Shown: positions 36,224 through 47,099 of the stretch, piece by piece
Layout: every line of letters starts with the position of its first letter
Position numbering within the stretch: the first letter of the stretch is position 1
NCBI GenBank assembly: GCA_029939715.1
Contig: JAOZSJ010000006.1
Span: forward strand, 1 to 63,042
Direction of reading: 5' to 3'
Source of the DNA: Desulfobacterales bacterium
GTDB taxonomy: Bacteria > Desulfobacterota > Desulfobacteria > Desulfobacterales > 4572-123
Length of the DNA: 63,042 nucleotides
Translations under genes and position numbers: made by a program
Notes under the pieces: generated by a model
Database searches by the model: none
What the model was told of the DNA's origin: nothing
What the model saw: the letters and a program-made list of their open reading frames with translations, nothing else

Positions 36224-39200
36224 ATGGGCTCTGATGTGAATAAATATAAACCGAAGAATAATATCCGGGTGGTGACCGCCACATCTCTTTTTGACGGTCA
36301 TGATGCTTCCATTAATATTATTCGCAGGTTATTGCAGGATACCGGTGTGGAAGTGATTCATCTGGGACATAACCGGTCCGGTGAGGAGTTTGTAGACGCT
36401 GCCATTGAGGAAGATGCACAGGGTATTGCCGTTTCAAGTTATCAGGGAGGTCACATTGAATTTTTTAAATATATGGTGGATCTGTTAAAGGAAAAGAATG
36501 TTGCGCATATCAAGGTGTTCGGAGGCGGAGGCGGTGTCATTGTCCCCGATGAGATCAGGGAACTGGAAGCATACGGAGTTGCTAAAATTTATTCTCCTGA
36601 AGATGGAACCCGGATGGGGCTGCAGGGTATAATCAACCATATGGTTAAAACCCTTGATTTTTCAACCGTTGGCAACACCGGGTTTGAAGTTGATCGTCTG
36701 CGGCCGGACAATAAATATGCGGTGGCCAATATGATTACCGCCGTGGAACTTGCCAGGGCAAAAGACAACGACCGTCTGGCCGGGATTCAATCTTCTCTGA
36801 AAAGGAAAATTAAAGACAGGCGTGTTCCGGTAATCGGTATTACAGGTACCGGCGGTGCAGGGAAATCATCATTGACCGATGAGTTGATCCTGCGTCTGCT
36901 GCACGACTTGAAAGATGCGAATGTAGCCATTTTATGCAGTGACCCCTCACGCCGCAAAACCGGAGGAGCCCTTCTGGGGGACCGCATCCGGATGAATGCC
37001 ATCATGAATCCACGGGTGTATATGCGGTCTTTTGCCACAAGACAATCAAATGCGGAAGTCACAGAAGCCCTTGCGGATGCGATAAATGTGGTCAAGGCGG
37101 CGGGTTATGATCTGGTGATTGCCGAAACTGCGGGTATCGGCCAGGGGGATTCTAAAATTACCGATATGGTGGATGTCGCCATGTATGTGATGACCAGTGA
37201 GTTCGGTGCGGCTTCACAGCTGGAAAAGATAGACATGCTGGATTACGCCGATCTGATTGTTGTGAACAAGTATGAAAAGCGTGGCGGTGAAGATGCGGTT
37301 CGGGATGTCCGCAAACAGGTCCAGCGCAATAGCAGTCAGTGGGAAAAATCGGTCGAAGAGATGCCGGTATTCGGTACAATTGCATCAAAATTCAATGATG
37401 ACGGCGTGACCGGGCTGTATCACGCTCTTCTGGACGCCATTGCCGAAAATACGGGAGTGAAATTCGAATCCAACCTCCAAAGGGTCAATGTCAAAACTTC
37501 AAGTTCCAAGACCATTATTATTCCTCCTGACCGGACCCGGTATCTGGCGGAGATAGCCAAAACGGTCAGAGATTATCACCATGACACGGAAAAACAGGCA
37601 TCGGTGGTGCGGCGTATATGGCACCTGCGGGAAAGTATCGCTGCTTTGCAAAAGGGCCTGTCCGAAGATGATTCCGCTATCGGAATCGAGTCTCTGGAAA
37701 AGGAACTGGCCGCATCTGAAAACCACCTTGCCGTGGAAACAGTCAAACTCCTGGAGCAGTGGGATCAGGTGCGGGATATATATGCCCGCGATGAACTGGT
37801 TTACAATGTACGGGACCAGGAGATAAAAGTGCCCTTGTACAGTGAATCACTGTCTCATCAGAAGATTCCCAAGATTGCGCTGCCCAAATTCACTGATCCG
37901 GGAGAGAATTATCGCTGGATGCGACGGGAAAATCTGCCGGGCCACTTTCCTTTTACAGGCGGTGTTTTTCCGTTGAAACGTGAAGATGAGGAGCCTACCC
38001 GCATGTTTGCCGGCGAAGGAGATGCATTTAAAACAAATCAACGTTTTAAACTTCTTTCTTCCAACTACGAGGCCAAGCGGCTGTCTACAGCTTTTGATTC
38101 AGTGACTCTTTATGGTTATGATCCTGAAGTAAGGCCCGATATCTACGGTAAAATAGGCAACTCGGGGGTCAGTATCTGCACTCTGGATGATGTCAAGGTA
38201 TTGTATGACGGCTTTGACCTGTGCGCGCCCAATACATCGGTTTCAATGACCATAAACGGTCCGGCTCCGATCATGCTGGCGATGTTTTTAAATACGGCCA
38301 TCGATCAGCAGGTTGATAAATACCTTGCTGAAAGCGGGACCAAACCGACCGATGCAAAGTATTGCGAGATTCGCGACATTGTTTTGAAAAGCGTTCGGGG
38401 AACGATCCAGGCTGATATTCTAAAGGAGGATCAGGGGCAGAACACCTGTATCTTTTCCATCGAGTTCGCCCTGAAAATGATGGGGGACATTCAACAGTTT
38501 TTTATTGACAAGGATGTACGAAATTTTTATTCGGTTTCCATTTCCGGATATCATATCGCAGAGGCCGGTGCTAATCCTATCACTCAACTGGCATTGACGC
38601 TTTCCAACGGGTTTACCTATGTGGAGTATTATCTTTCCCGGGGAATGGATATCGACCGGTTTGCACCCAATTTGTCCTATTTTTTTTCAAACGGCATGGA
38701 TCCGGAATATACCGTAATCGGCCGTGTGGCCAGGCGTATCTGGTCGGTAGCCATGCGGGATAAATATGGAGCTTCTCCGCGGTCCCAGATGCTCAAGTAT
38801 CATATCCAGACATCCGGGCGAAGTCTGCACAGCCAGGATATCCAGTTCAATGATATCCGGACTACGCTTCAGGCCCTGTGCGCCATTTACGATGACTGCA
38901 ACAGCCTGCATACCAATGCATTTGATGAAGCCATTACTACCCCCAGCGAGGAGTCGGTTCGACGGGCACTGGCCATTCAACTGATTATTAACCGCGAATG
39001 GGGTCTGGCCAAAAACGAAAATCCCCTGCAGGGCAGTTTTATCGTTGAAGAGCTGACTGATCTGGTGGAGGAGGCGGTCCTTACCGAGTTCGACCGTATC
39101 GCCGAGCGGGGCGGAGTACTGGGTGCCATGGAAACAGGTTATCAGCGCGGGCAGATTCAGGATGAATCCATTTATTACGAGGTTTTGAAACATACCGGAA

Positions 39201-39511
39201 AATTGCCTATTGTCGGAGTCAATACATTTCGTGACCCGGATGCCGGCGGGCTGAATTTCGACGAGACCATGTCTTGCCTGGAGTTGTCCCGTTCCACCGA
39301 AGAAGAAAAACAGTCCCAGCTCAAGCGCCTTGCCGGGTTCAGGAGGCGCAACGAAAAAAAGGCACCGGAAGCCCTGGAAAAACTTCAAAAAACGGTTTTA
39401 TCCGGTGAAAATATTTTCGGAGAGCTTATGGATACGGTACGCTGCTGCAGCCTCGGCCAGATTACACAGGCCCTGTATGATGTCGGCGGCCGGTATCGTC
39501 GTAATATGTAG
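36224..39511 (+). CDS. icmF: IcmF, fused isobutyryl-CoA mutase/MeaB-like GTPase
   Basis: N-terminal B12 motif DGHD; GTGGAGKS GTPase; mutase domain with PTRMFAG (Phe at the position of MCM Tyr89); 1095 aa. Confidence 0.93.
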   Translation: MGSDVNKYKPKNNIRVVTATSLFDGHDASINIIRRLLQDTGVEVIHLGHNRSGEEFVDAAIEEDAQGIAVSSYQGGHIEFFKYMVDLLKEKNVAHIKVFGGGGGVIVPDEIRELEAYGVAKIYSPEDGTRMGLQGIINHMVKTLDFSTVGNTGFEVDRLRPDNKYAVANMITAVELARAKDNDRLAGIQSSLKRKIKDRRVPVIGITGTGGAGKSSLTDELILRLLHDLKDANVAILCSDPSRRKTGGALLGDRIRMNAIMNPRVYMRSFATRQSNAEVTEALADAINVVKAAGYDLVIAETAGIGQGDSKITDMVDVAMYVMTSEFGAASQLEKIDMLDYADLIVVNKYEKRGGEDAVRDVRKQVQRNSSQWEKSVEEMPVFGTIASKFNDDGVTGLYHALLDAIAENTGVKFESNLQRVNVKTSSSKTIIIPPDRTRYLAEIAKTVRDYHHDTEKQASVVRRIWHLRESIAALQKGLSEDDSAIGIESLEKELAASENHLAVETVKLLEQWDQVRDIYARDELVYNVRDQEIKVPLYSESLSHQKIPKIALPKFTDPGENYRWMRRENLPGHFPFTGGVFPLKREDEEPTRMFAGEGDAFKTNQRFKLLSSNYEAKRLSTAFDSVTLYGYDPEVRPDIYGKIGNSGVSICTLDDVKVLYDGFDLCAPNTSVSMTINGPAPIMLAMFLNTAIDQQVDKYLAESGTKPTDAKYCEIRDIVLKSVRGTIQADILKEDQGQNTCIFSIEFALKMMGDIQQFFIDKDVRNFYSVSISGYHIAEAGANPITQLALTLSNGFTYVEYYLSRGMDIDRFAPNLSYFFSNGMDPEYTVIGRVARRIWSVAMRDKYGASPRSQMLKYHIQTSGRSLHSQDIQFNDIRTTLQALCAIYDDCNSLHTNAFDEAITTPSEESVRRALAIQLIINREWGLAKNENPLQGSFIVEELTDLVEEAVLTEFDRIAERGGVLGAMETGYQRGQIQDESIYYEVLKHTGKLPIVGVNTFRDPDAGGLNFDETMSCLELSRSTEEEKQSQLKRLAGFRRRNEKKAPEALEKLQKTVLSGENIFGELMDTVRCCSLGQITQALYDVGGRYRRNM

Positions 39512-39549
39512 TGTTTTAAAACGCAATGGGAAAAAAGGAGATATGTAAA

Positions 39550-40725
39550 ATGCGGGAAGCAGTAATCGTAAGTGCGGTGCGTACTCCGCTGGGGGCATTT
39601 AACGGCTCTTTGAGCAGCATGGGCGCTACAAAACTCGGCGGTATTGTGATTGATGAAGCCGTAAAGCGGTCCGGAATTAATAAAGAGGCGGTTGACGAAG
39701 TGATTATGGGGCAGGTGCTGCCTTGCGGATATGGTCAGAATCCTGCCAGGCAGGCCGCTGTTCTGGGTGGTATGCCCTGGAATGTTGAATGTCTTACAGT
39801 GAATAAGGTCTGCGGTTCAGCCTTGAAATCCGTTATGCTTGCGGCTCAGGCAATTCAGACCGGTGACGCGGATGTGGTGGTTGCCGGTGGTATGGAATCC
39901 ATGAGCAAGGCTCCCTATTACCTGGAAAAAGCCAGGACCGGGTATCGCATGGGACCGGGAATCATCGAGGATCATATGGTCCATGACGGATTGTGGGATA
40001 TTGTCAATGATTTTCACATGGGCATTTCAAACGAGCTTTGTTCCGAAAAATATGATGTCAGCCGGGAAGACCAGGATCGGTATGCGGCCGAGTCCTATCG
40101 CCGTGCCCTTGATGCGGTTGAATCAGGGCGATTCAAAGAGGAAATTGTATCTGTTGAAATTCCGCAACGCAGGGGAGCCCCGGTTCTGTTCAACCGCGAT
40201 GAATGCCCCCGAAGAACCGATTACGAACGTCTGGCAAAGATGCCCGGTGCCTTTAAAAAAGGAGGATTGGGCACTGCCGGCAATGCGTCCATAATCAGTG
40301 ACGGAGCGGCGGCAGTGGTAGTGATGGCCAGAGACAAGGCCGAGGAATCGGGACTAAGTCCCATGGCCGCCATAGGGGCTCAGGCATCATTTGGTATTGA
40401 TATGAAATATGTTTTGATGGCGCCTTTGTGGGCAATTCCCAAATGCCTTAAAAAGGAAGGAATCGGCCTTAAAGATGTTGACCTTTACGAAATAAATGAG
40501 GCGTTCAGCGGTTCCACGGTTGGAGTTATAAATGAGCTTGGCCTGGATCCGGCAGTTGTGAATGTCAATGGCGGGGCAGTGGCCCTTGGTCATCCCATCG
40601 GCGCCAGCGGCTGCCGGGTTCTGGTGACCCTGCTTTATGAGATGATTCGGCAGGACAGGAAAACCGGACTGGCGTCACTGTGTCTGGGGGGCGGTGAAGC
40701 CGTTGCCATGGTGGTGAAACGGTAA
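39550..40725 (+). CDS. Acetyl-CoA C-acetyltransferase (thiolase)
   Basis: VNKVCGS, NEAF, GHPIGASG, LCLGGG; ATG 39550 after AAGGAG. Confidence 0.95.
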   Translation: MREAVIVSAVRTPLGAFNGSLSSMGATKLGGIVIDEAVKRSGINKEAVDEVIMGQVLPCGYGQNPARQAAVLGGMPWNVECLTVNKVCGSALKSVMLAAQAIQTGDADVVVAGGMESMSKAPYYLEKARTGYRMGPGIIEDHMVHDGLWDIVNDFHMGISNELCSEKYDVSREDQDRYAAESYRRALDAVESGRFKEEIVSVEIPQRRGAPVLFNRDECPRRTDYERLAKMPGAFKKGGLGTAGNASIISDGAAAVVVMARDKAEESGLSPMAAIGAQASFGIDMKYVLMAPLWAIPKCLKKEGIGLKDVDLYEINEAFSGSTVGVINELGLDPAVVNVNGGAVALGHPIGASGCRVLVTLLYEMIRQDRKTGLASLCLGGGEAVAMVVKR

Positions 40726-40815
40726 AATGAAAATTGATGGCCGCAGGGGTGATCCTTGTGGTCGTCCGGTCTATTGTAAAAAAGCAACGTGAAAACGATA
40801 AAAAGGAGATAATAA

Positions 40816-41664
40816 ATGGAAATAAAGACATTCGGCGTAATCGGCGCCGGGCAGATGGGAAATGGTATTGCTCAGGTCGCTGCCATGAGCGGGCTTGACG
40901 TGATCATGAATGATATAAAAACCGAATTTGTAGAAAAAGGCATTGGAAATATTACAAAAAATTTGACCCGCAGTGTAGACAGGGGAAAGATGACTGAACC
41001 TGAAAAATTCGCTGTTTTGGGAAGAATCAAAACCAGTGTTGAACTTGCCGACATGGCTTCAGCGGATTTTGTAGTCGAGGCAGCCACGGAAAACGAGTCC
41101 ATTAAGTTTCAGATTTTCAAAGACCTGGATCGAATATGCAAAAAAGGGGCAATCCTGGCCACCAACACCTCTTCGATTCCCATCGGGCGGATAGCAAACC
41201 AGACCGGGCGTCCGGACAAGGTGATCGGTATGCATTTCATGAATCCCGTGCCGGTGATGAAATTGATTGAGGTGATAAAAGGACTGGCAACCAGTGACGA
41301 GACATTTGATACGACATGGGAGCTTTCAGTCAAATTCGGTAAGACGCCGGCCGAGGCCAATGATTTTCCGGGATTTATCGCCAATCGTATCCTGCTGCCG
41401 ATGATCAATGAAGCAGTGTACTGTCTGTATCATGGTGTGGGAAAAGCCGAGGATATCGACACTGTAATGAAGCTTGGCATGAATCATCCCATGGGACCGC
41501 TGGCCCTTGCTGATTTGATTGGCCTGGATACCTGTCTGGCAATTATGGAAACCCTTTACGATGGTTTTTGCGATTCAAAATACAGGCCCTGCCCGCTGTT
41601 GAAAAAATATGTGGAAGCCGGCTGGCTCGGCAGAAAGACCGGACGCGGATTTTACGAATATTAA
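40816..41664 (+). CDS. hbd: 3-hydroxybutyryl-CoA dehydrogenase
   Basis: GAGQMG, TNTSS, GMHFMNP, HPMGPL, GWLGRKTGRGFY. Confidence 0.93.
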   Translation: MEIKTFGVIGAGQMGNGIAQVAAMSGLDVIMNDIKTEFVEKGIGNITKNLTRSVDRGKMTEPEKFAVLGRIKTSVELADMASADFVVEAATENESIKFQIFKDLDRICKKGAILATNTSSIPIGRIANQTGRPDKVIGMHFMNPVPVMKLIEVIKGLATSDETFDTTWELSVKFGKTPAEANDFPGFIANRILLPMINEAVYCLYHGVGKAEDIDTVMKLGMNHPMGPLALADLIGLDTCLAIMETLYDGFCDSKYRPCPLLKKYVEAGWLGRKTGRGFYEY

Positions 41665-41686
41665 GATAAGGATGGGGGAGGGAAGC

Positions 41687-42238
41687 ATGGTAAAAAAAAA
41701 AGCGGATGTGATTATTCCGGTGGGTAAAAAAATAAAACAGTTCCGGATCCAGAAAAAAATTACCCTGGACAATCTGGCCAATGACACCGGGTGTTCCATC
41801 GACTACCTCAAGGAGATTGAAGCCGGTAAGGCTATGCCGCCGGTTGGGACCCTGCTGCGGATTTCACGGGCTTTACAGATCGATTCAGGTATTCTTTTCA
41901 AAGAGCAGGAGTCAAAACTGCAAAGCCGCATCAAGGCTTATAACAAGCGCACCGACAACTATGCCTATACCACCCTGACCCCGGGTGCTGAAAACAAACA
42001 TCTCAAGGCGTTCCGGGTTGCCGTTGAAGGCAATTCAGAGCACACGGGCGTTGGATACCAGCACGAAGGTGAAGAATTTGTTTATGTGCTGAAAGGCAAA
42101 ATCGAGGTGGTGGTGGGAGATAATGTCAACAGCCTGAGTGAGGGGGAGTCATTGCATTTTAACTCAGGCATCCAGCACAAGCTGCGTAATATGGCTGCGG
42201 AAACCGCTGAATTTTTGGTCGTGATTTACGGGCCTTAA
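41687..42238 (+). CDS. XRE-family HTH + cupin regulator
   Basis: N-terminal HTH_3 pattern; HEGEEFVYVLKG...LHFNS cupin; ATG 41687. Confidence 0.88.
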   Translation: MVKKKADVIIPVGKKIKQFRIQKKITLDNLANDTGCSIDYLKEIEAGKAMPPVGTLLRISRALQIDSGILFKEQESKLQSRIKAYNKRTDNYAYTTLTPGAENKHLKAFRVAVEGNSEHTGVGYQHEGEEFVYVLKGKIEVVVGDNVNSLSEGESLHFNSGIQHKLRNMAAETAEFLVVIYGP

Positions 42239-42257
42239 GCCCTATAAGGAGAAAAGC

Positions 42258-43412
42258 ATGGCGTTCAATCTCACTGATGAACAAAAGATGATTCAGCATA
42301 TGATAAGGGAGTTTTCACGCAAGGTGGTGGCGGCTACGGCCGCGGAACGGGACCGCACCAAGGAATTCCCTGCCGATAATTTAAAAAAAATGTCGGATCT
42401 GGGTTTGATGGGGATGATGGTACCGCTGGAGTTTGATGGATCGGCGGCCGACACTGTGGGATATGTGCTGGCACTTTCGGAAATCGCCTATTCGTGTGCT
42501 TCAACCGCCGTTGTCATGTCGGTTCACAATTCCATTGTGTGTGAAAGCATATTGAATTTTGCTACCCGGGAACAAAAGGAAAAATATTTAAAGCCCCTTG
42601 CAATGGGTAAAATGATCGGTGCTTTTGCTCTGACCGAGCCCCATGCCGGCTCTGATCCGGTAAGTCAGTCCACCACGGCAGTGCGTGACGGGGATGAATA
42701 TATATTAAATGGAACCAAGCGGTTTACGACCACCGGCAAAAATGCCGGCCTGATCATTGTAACAGCTAAAACCGATGAAGCAATGCGACATAAAGGCATC
42801 AGCGCTTTTATGGTGGAACAGGGGACACCTGGTTTGATTGTCGGAGGCATAGAGGACAAAATGGGGCTTCGTGCCTCTGATACCGCAGACCTTATTTTTG
42901 AAAATTGCAGGGTTCCGGCAGGGAATATGCTGGGCGATCCCGGTGACGGGTTCAAGATCGCCATGAAGGGTCTGGACGGCGGGCGTATCGGAATTGCAGC
43001 CCAGTCAGTTGGTGTTGCCGGGGCGGCCCTGGATGCAGCGGTAAAATATGCTAAGGGAAGGGCCCAGTTCGGCCGAAAAATATCCAAGTTTCAGGGGTTG
43101 CGCTGGATCATTGCGGATATGGCTACCGAGCTGGAAGCTGCCCGCCAGTTGATGCTGTCGGCTGCCGCAATGAAGGATCGGGGTGAAAATTATACGGCAC
43201 AGGCTTCCATGGCCAAGCTGTTTGCGTCGGAGATGGTCAACAGGGTTACGGCGAAAGCCCTGCAGATGCACGGCGGGTACGGATTTACAAAAGACTATCC
43301 CGTGGAGCGTTTTTACCGGGATGCCAGGGTGTTTACTATTTATGAAGGAACATCGGAAATTCAGAGGATCGTGATTTCCAACAATATTTTAAAGGATAAA
43401 CGCAAACCATGA
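42258..43412 (+). CDS. Short-chain (butyryl-CoA-type) acyl-CoA dehydrogenase
   Basis: FALTEPHAGSD, KMGLRASDT, GGRIGIAAQ, HGGYG, IYEGTSEIQ. Confidence 0.93.
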   Translation: MAFNLTDEQKMIQHMIREFSRKVVAATAAERDRTKEFPADNLKKMSDLGLMGMMVPLEFDGSAADTVGYVLALSEIAYSCASTAVVMSVHNSIVCESILNFATREQKEKYLKPLAMGKMIGAFALTEPHAGSDPVSQSTTAVRDGDEYILNGTKRFTTTGKNAGLIIVTAKTDEAMRHKGISAFMVEQGTPGLIVGGIEDKMGLRASDTADLIFENCRVPAGNMLGDPGDGFKIAMKGLDGGRIGIAAQSVGVAGAALDAAVKYAKGRAQFGRKISKFQGLRWIIADMATELEAARQLMLSAAAMKDRGENYTAQASMAKLFASEMVNRVTAKALQMHGGYGFTKDYPVERFYRDARVFTIYEGTSEIQRIVISNNILKDKRKP

Positions 43413-43477
43413 TCGAATTGAACAGTGAACAGTGAATAGTGAGAATTGAAGAAATTCTGTCTATTTTAATCTGTAGA

Positions 43478-43960
43478 TTAATCAGAAAAGATTTTAGATG
43501 CCAGATTAATATCTTCAGGGCAGAATACAAACAGGCATTTTTCATCCGGGGATGAAACGGAGCCATACACGTAGTTGATATTAACGCCCTCTTCGCCGAA
43601 TTTTGTGGCCATTTTGGCCAGTTCACCAGGCCTGTTCTCAAGGCGAACGGCAATGACCGGTACGATATCAAAAATATAATTTTTTTGAGATAAGAGATCC
43701 ACTGCTTTATCAGTGTTATCCGTGAGCATTCGGATAAGCGCATACTGGGATGAGTCTTTGCTCATGGAATTGTAACTGGCGGCCGAAGCAATTCTTTTTA
43801 ACGACTTTCCCCTGGCCCTGAAAAGCTGCTGAACATAGGCGGATGCATCCTGAATGGTAAGGGCGTCGATATTTACTTTTTCTTCGGAAAAAAGTGTTGC
43901 CAGTTTTCCCAGTTCGCCGGGAACATTTTTTAAAAAAAGAGATATTTCAGTTCTAACCAT
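43478..43960 (-). CDS. Tandem ACT-domain protein
   Basis: LKNVPGEL...VNIDAL and LENRPGEL...VNINYVY ACT repeats. Confidence 0.85.
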   Translation of the reverse strand: MVRTEISLFLKNVPGELGKLATLFSEEKVNIDALTIQDASAYVQQLFRARGKSLKRIASAASYNSMSKDSSQYALIRMLTDNTDKAVDLLSQKNYIFDIVPVIAVRLENRPGELAKMATKFGEEGVNINYVYGSVSSPDEKCLFVFCPEDINLASKIFSD

Positions 43961-43986
43961 TTTTACACTCCTTTGATGGTATCATG

Positions 43987-45516
43987 TTATCCGGCTTGTT
44001 CACCGCCAAATAATTCTTTTGTTTTAGCTCGATCAATGCTGCCGTCCGGGGTGAGGGGCAGTTTGTCCGTAAATTCCACGTATTGCGGTTTTTTAAAACG
44101 GGCAATGCGTGATCCGACAAATTCGATCAGGTCGCCGGCATCAAGGCTGCGATCCGGTTTCAGAATACAGACGGCTTTGATGCCTTCTTTCCACTGGGGA
44201 TCGGGTATGCCGAATACCACCGTTTGTTCGATTGCCGGATGTTCAAGAATTATTTTTTCTACTTCCGCCGGGTAGACGTTTTCGCCGCCGGGCTTGATCA
44301 ATTCCTTTTCAGCTTTGCGGCCTTCATACCATAAAAAACCGTCTTCATCAAATCGGCCAAGATCACCGGTGTGATGCCAGTTGTTGCTAAATGTCAGTGC
44401 GGTGTCCTCTTCCAGTTTCCAATAGCCCTTAAATACCATGGGACCTCGCAGGGCAATTTCTCCGATTTCACCTTGTGACACAATTTGATCGGTATCATCC
44501 AGCATCACAACCCGGGCCAGGGGGGCCGGTTTTCCGGCCGAACCGGGGCGGTCATTAAACGGCCCTATAGTGGCCAGGCAGGAGGTTTCAGTCTGGCCAT
44601 ATATACTAAAAAACGTTCCTTTGGTCAGATTTTGATATTTTTTGATGGTTTCAGGTGTATCAAGCCCCACAATCGTTTTAAGGGAACTGATATCAAGTCC
44701 TGTTTCCGCTTGTTTTTTAAGAACGGAGTCCAATATCGGCGCAAAGTTGAAAAATATGGACACCTGTTTGTCGGCGATCAGTCGGACCGCCTGTTGAGCG
44801 TCAAATTTGCGCATATTTACATTCAGTGCCCCGGCCTGAAAGCTTTGAGCGGCCATGAACAGGCCTCCAACATGAAACAGCGGAAGCAGGTTTAAATGCA
44901 CATCATCGGCGGTCAAGCCAAAGCTATACATCAACTGCATGCCGGCACACAGGATGTTCCGGTGGCTCAGCAGTGCGCCCCGGGGCCGTCCGGCCACCGC
45001 GGCGGTGTGGATGATGATGAAGCCGTCATCAGAGGCAACCTCCGGCAATGATGTCGCTGCATTTCCGTTTGCCGATGCGTCATAGTCATCAAAGCCTCCC
45101 CGCCCGGATCGAAGGTTATAATATTTGTCAATAGAGGAAAGTTTGCCCTGGATTTTCTGAATCAGTGACTCAAATTCAGAATCGACAAAGAGACAGACCG
45201 GTTCACAGTCATTCAGGTTAAAAGCGATTTCACCGGCGGAAAGGCGCCAGTTAATCGGAACGACAATTGCGCCCGCGGCGGCGGCGGCCCCATACACGAT
45301 AAAATACTCAAGACAGTTCTTGCCCACCACGCCAATGCGTGATCCCTTTTTTACTCCGGATTTTATCAGGCCGGCGGCCAGGGAATCGACCCGGCGTTTT
45401 ACTGCTGAAAATGTAACAGTGCAATTGTCTTCCGCTTCAAACCAGGCAGGCCGGTTCGGATGGCAGCCGGCATTGCGGTTGACAACATCATAAAAAGTAA
45501 AATCGTAAAGCCCCAT
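43987..45516 (-). CDS. ANL-fold AMP-binding protein with degenerate catalytic motifs
   Basis: YGQTE, HTGDLG and IKPGGENVYP are present, but the P-loop reads HTAAVAGRPRG and A10 reads PDGSIDR. Confidence 0.85.
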   Translation of the reverse strand: MGLYDFTFYDVVNRNAGCHPNRPAWFEAEDNCTVTFSAVKRRVDSLAAGLIKSGVKKGSRIGVVGKNCLEYFIVYGAAAAAGAIVVPINWRLSAGEIAFNLNDCEPVCLFVDSEFESLIQKIQGKLSSIDKYYNLRSGRGGFDDYDASANGNAATSLPEVASDDGFIIIHTAAVAGRPRGALLSHRNILCAGMQLMYSFGLTADDVHLNLLPLFHVGGLFMAAQSFQAGALNVNMRKFDAQQAVRLIADKQVSIFFNFAPILDSVLKKQAETGLDISSLKTIVGLDTPETIKKYQNLTKGTFFSIYGQTETSCLATIGPFNDRPGSAGKPAPLARVVMLDDTDQIVSQGEIGEIALRGPMVFKGYWKLEEDTALTFSNNWHHTGDLGRFDEDGFLWYEGRKAEKELIKPGGENVYPAEVEKIILEHPAIEQTVVFGIPDPQWKEGIKAVCILKPDRSLDAGDLIEFVGSRIARFKKPQYVEFTDKLPLTPDGSIDRAKTKELFGGEQAG

Positions 45517-45603
45517 AAATTAACCTCCGGTCAACGGTTTGTGATAGCGTCTGGTTTGCTCGGGACGATCGGCGTTAATGCATCAGAATGCAAAATAAAA
45601 ATA

Positions 45604-45999
45604 TTAATGAATGGTTGTAACCGGGCAGGAGGCTCTTAAAATTATATATTGCGCTGTGGAGCCAAGCAATAGCTTTCGGGTTCGGGATTTTTTTTCGATG
45701 CCTACAAATATGTGTTTGATATCATATTCTTCGGCATACCGGATAATATCTTCCCCAGGCGAGAGCCCGCGGGATGTCTGATAACCCTCACATTCAATTC
45801 CGCTGGCTTTCACAAGCTCCATGGCGTATTTGAGGTCCTCTTTACTTTTTTTGATTGCTTTTAATTTTTCCCGGGGCCCGCCTTCCATGGATGTGATGAT
45901 GTGAACCACGGAATCATGTATTTTTGCATAATCTTTGGCCAGTTCCAAAGCGGCTTTTGCCTCATCGGATCCGTTGTACGCCACTAGAATATTCATCAA
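45604..45999 (-). CDS. Universal stress protein
   Basis: ILVAYNGS...ALELA; LLLGSTAQYI...PV. Confidence 0.9.
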   Translation of the reverse strand: MMNILVAYNGSDEAKAALELAKDYAKIHDSVVHIITSMEGGPREKLKAIKKSKEDLKYAMELVKASGIECEGYQTSRGLSPGEDIIRYAEEYDIKHIFVGIEKKSRTRKLLLGSTAQYIILRASCPVTTIH

Positions 46000-46130
46000 T
46001 GAGTCCTTTCACGGGATGATTGACATTCTTGTTGCAGACACTCACCGGATGGATGTTAAAAAGACCGTTTTGATTCCCCTGTCCTTGAATCATTGAGCCC
46101 TGCCTTTTTGTGACGGTCTATAGATCAACT

Positions 46131-46949
46131 TTACATCCAGCGCTTGCGTCTTTTATAGGATTTGACATTTTTAAAAGATTTTCTGCCGCCTCCCTGAGTA
46201 ATACCCATGTAAAATTCCTTGACATCCGGATTGTCCTTTAGCTCTCCTGATGGACCTTCAAGAACAATTTTTCCTGATTCCATGATGTAGGCATAGTCGG
46301 AAACTTCAAGGGCAATTTTAGCATTTTGTTCCACAACTAGAATGGTTGTATTCATTTCTTTGTTTATGGTTTTAATATTATCAAATATTTCTTTTACCAG
46401 AAGCGGTGCAAGTCCCAGGGATGGTTCGTCCAGCATTAGCATTTTAGGTTTTGCCATCAGTGCCCTGGCTATGGCAATCATCTGCTGTTCCCCGCCTGAG
46501 CAATAGCCTGCCATCCGGTTGGTAATTTTAGAAAGCCTGGGAAAATGGTCGTACATTAAATCATTGTCGGAACGGATATTTCCAATCCCGTCCTTACGGG
46601 TAATGGAACCGACTCTGATGTTTTCGTTTACTGTAAGATGTTTGAAGACACGGCGTCCTTCAGGAACCATAACCGCACCGAGCCGTACTACACTTGTCCC
46701 GAGAACATTGGTAATATCATTTCCGATAAATTTGATATAACCATCACGGATAAATCCGTTTTCCGGCTTCAGCAAACCGCTGATCGCCCGCAGGGTTGTG
46801 GTTTTTCCTGCTCCGTTGGTCCCTAACAGGGACACAATGCCGCCTTCTTTCACATTGAGGCTGACACCTCGAAGGACCTGGATAATGTCATTATAGACCA
46901 CTTCAATATTGTTAACTTCAAGCAGATTTTCTGTTTCTTTTTTATCCAT
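46131..46949 (-). CDS. LivF-like ABC ATPase
   Basis: GTNGAGKTT, SGGEQQM, LDEPSLGLAP, VEQN. Confidence 0.92.
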   Translation of the reverse strand: MDKKETENLLEVNNIEVVYNDIIQVLRGVSLNVKEGGIVSLLGTNGAGKTTTLRAISGLLKPENGFIRDGYIKFIGNDITNVLGTSVVRLGAVMVPEGRRVFKHLTVNENIRVGSITRKDGIGNIRSDNDLMYDHFPRLSKITNRMAGYCSGGEQQMIAIARALMAKPKMLMLDEPSLGLAPLLVKEIFDNIKTINKEMNTTILVVEQNAKIALEVSDYAYIMESGKIVLEGPSGELKDNPDVKEFYMGITQGGGRKSFKNVKSYKRRKRWM

Positions 46950-47012
46950 AGGACGACTTTTTCTTAAGATCCTTGAAAATTGGGTAAGTAATTTTCAGTT
47001 TGTTTGCATGCC

Positions 47013-47053
47013 CCCCTGTACCGCCGGCCAATGTCACGGCCGGGATACAGGGG
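47013..47053. other. Intergenic hairpin after the substrate-binding protein gene
   Basis: CCCCTGTA...TACAGGGG outer stem and CCGGCC...GGCCGG inner stem; may stabilise the SBP mRNA segment or terminate transcription (inference). Confidence 0.55.
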
Positions 47054-47099
47054 TAACCATTGCAGGCTGAATCTATTTTAATAGCATTTAGGTTGGATA

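Noticed and set aside
32096-39388. Antisense ORFs 32096-32755, 35801-36301 and 38687-39388
   Set aside because: They overlap confidently assigned genes on the opposite strand and have no family motifs.
41692-41701. A10 run at the start of the XRE-cupin gene as a phase-variation tract
   Set aside because: In frame (VKKKA), and A-runs are common in this AT-rich-codon genome; no evidence of variation.
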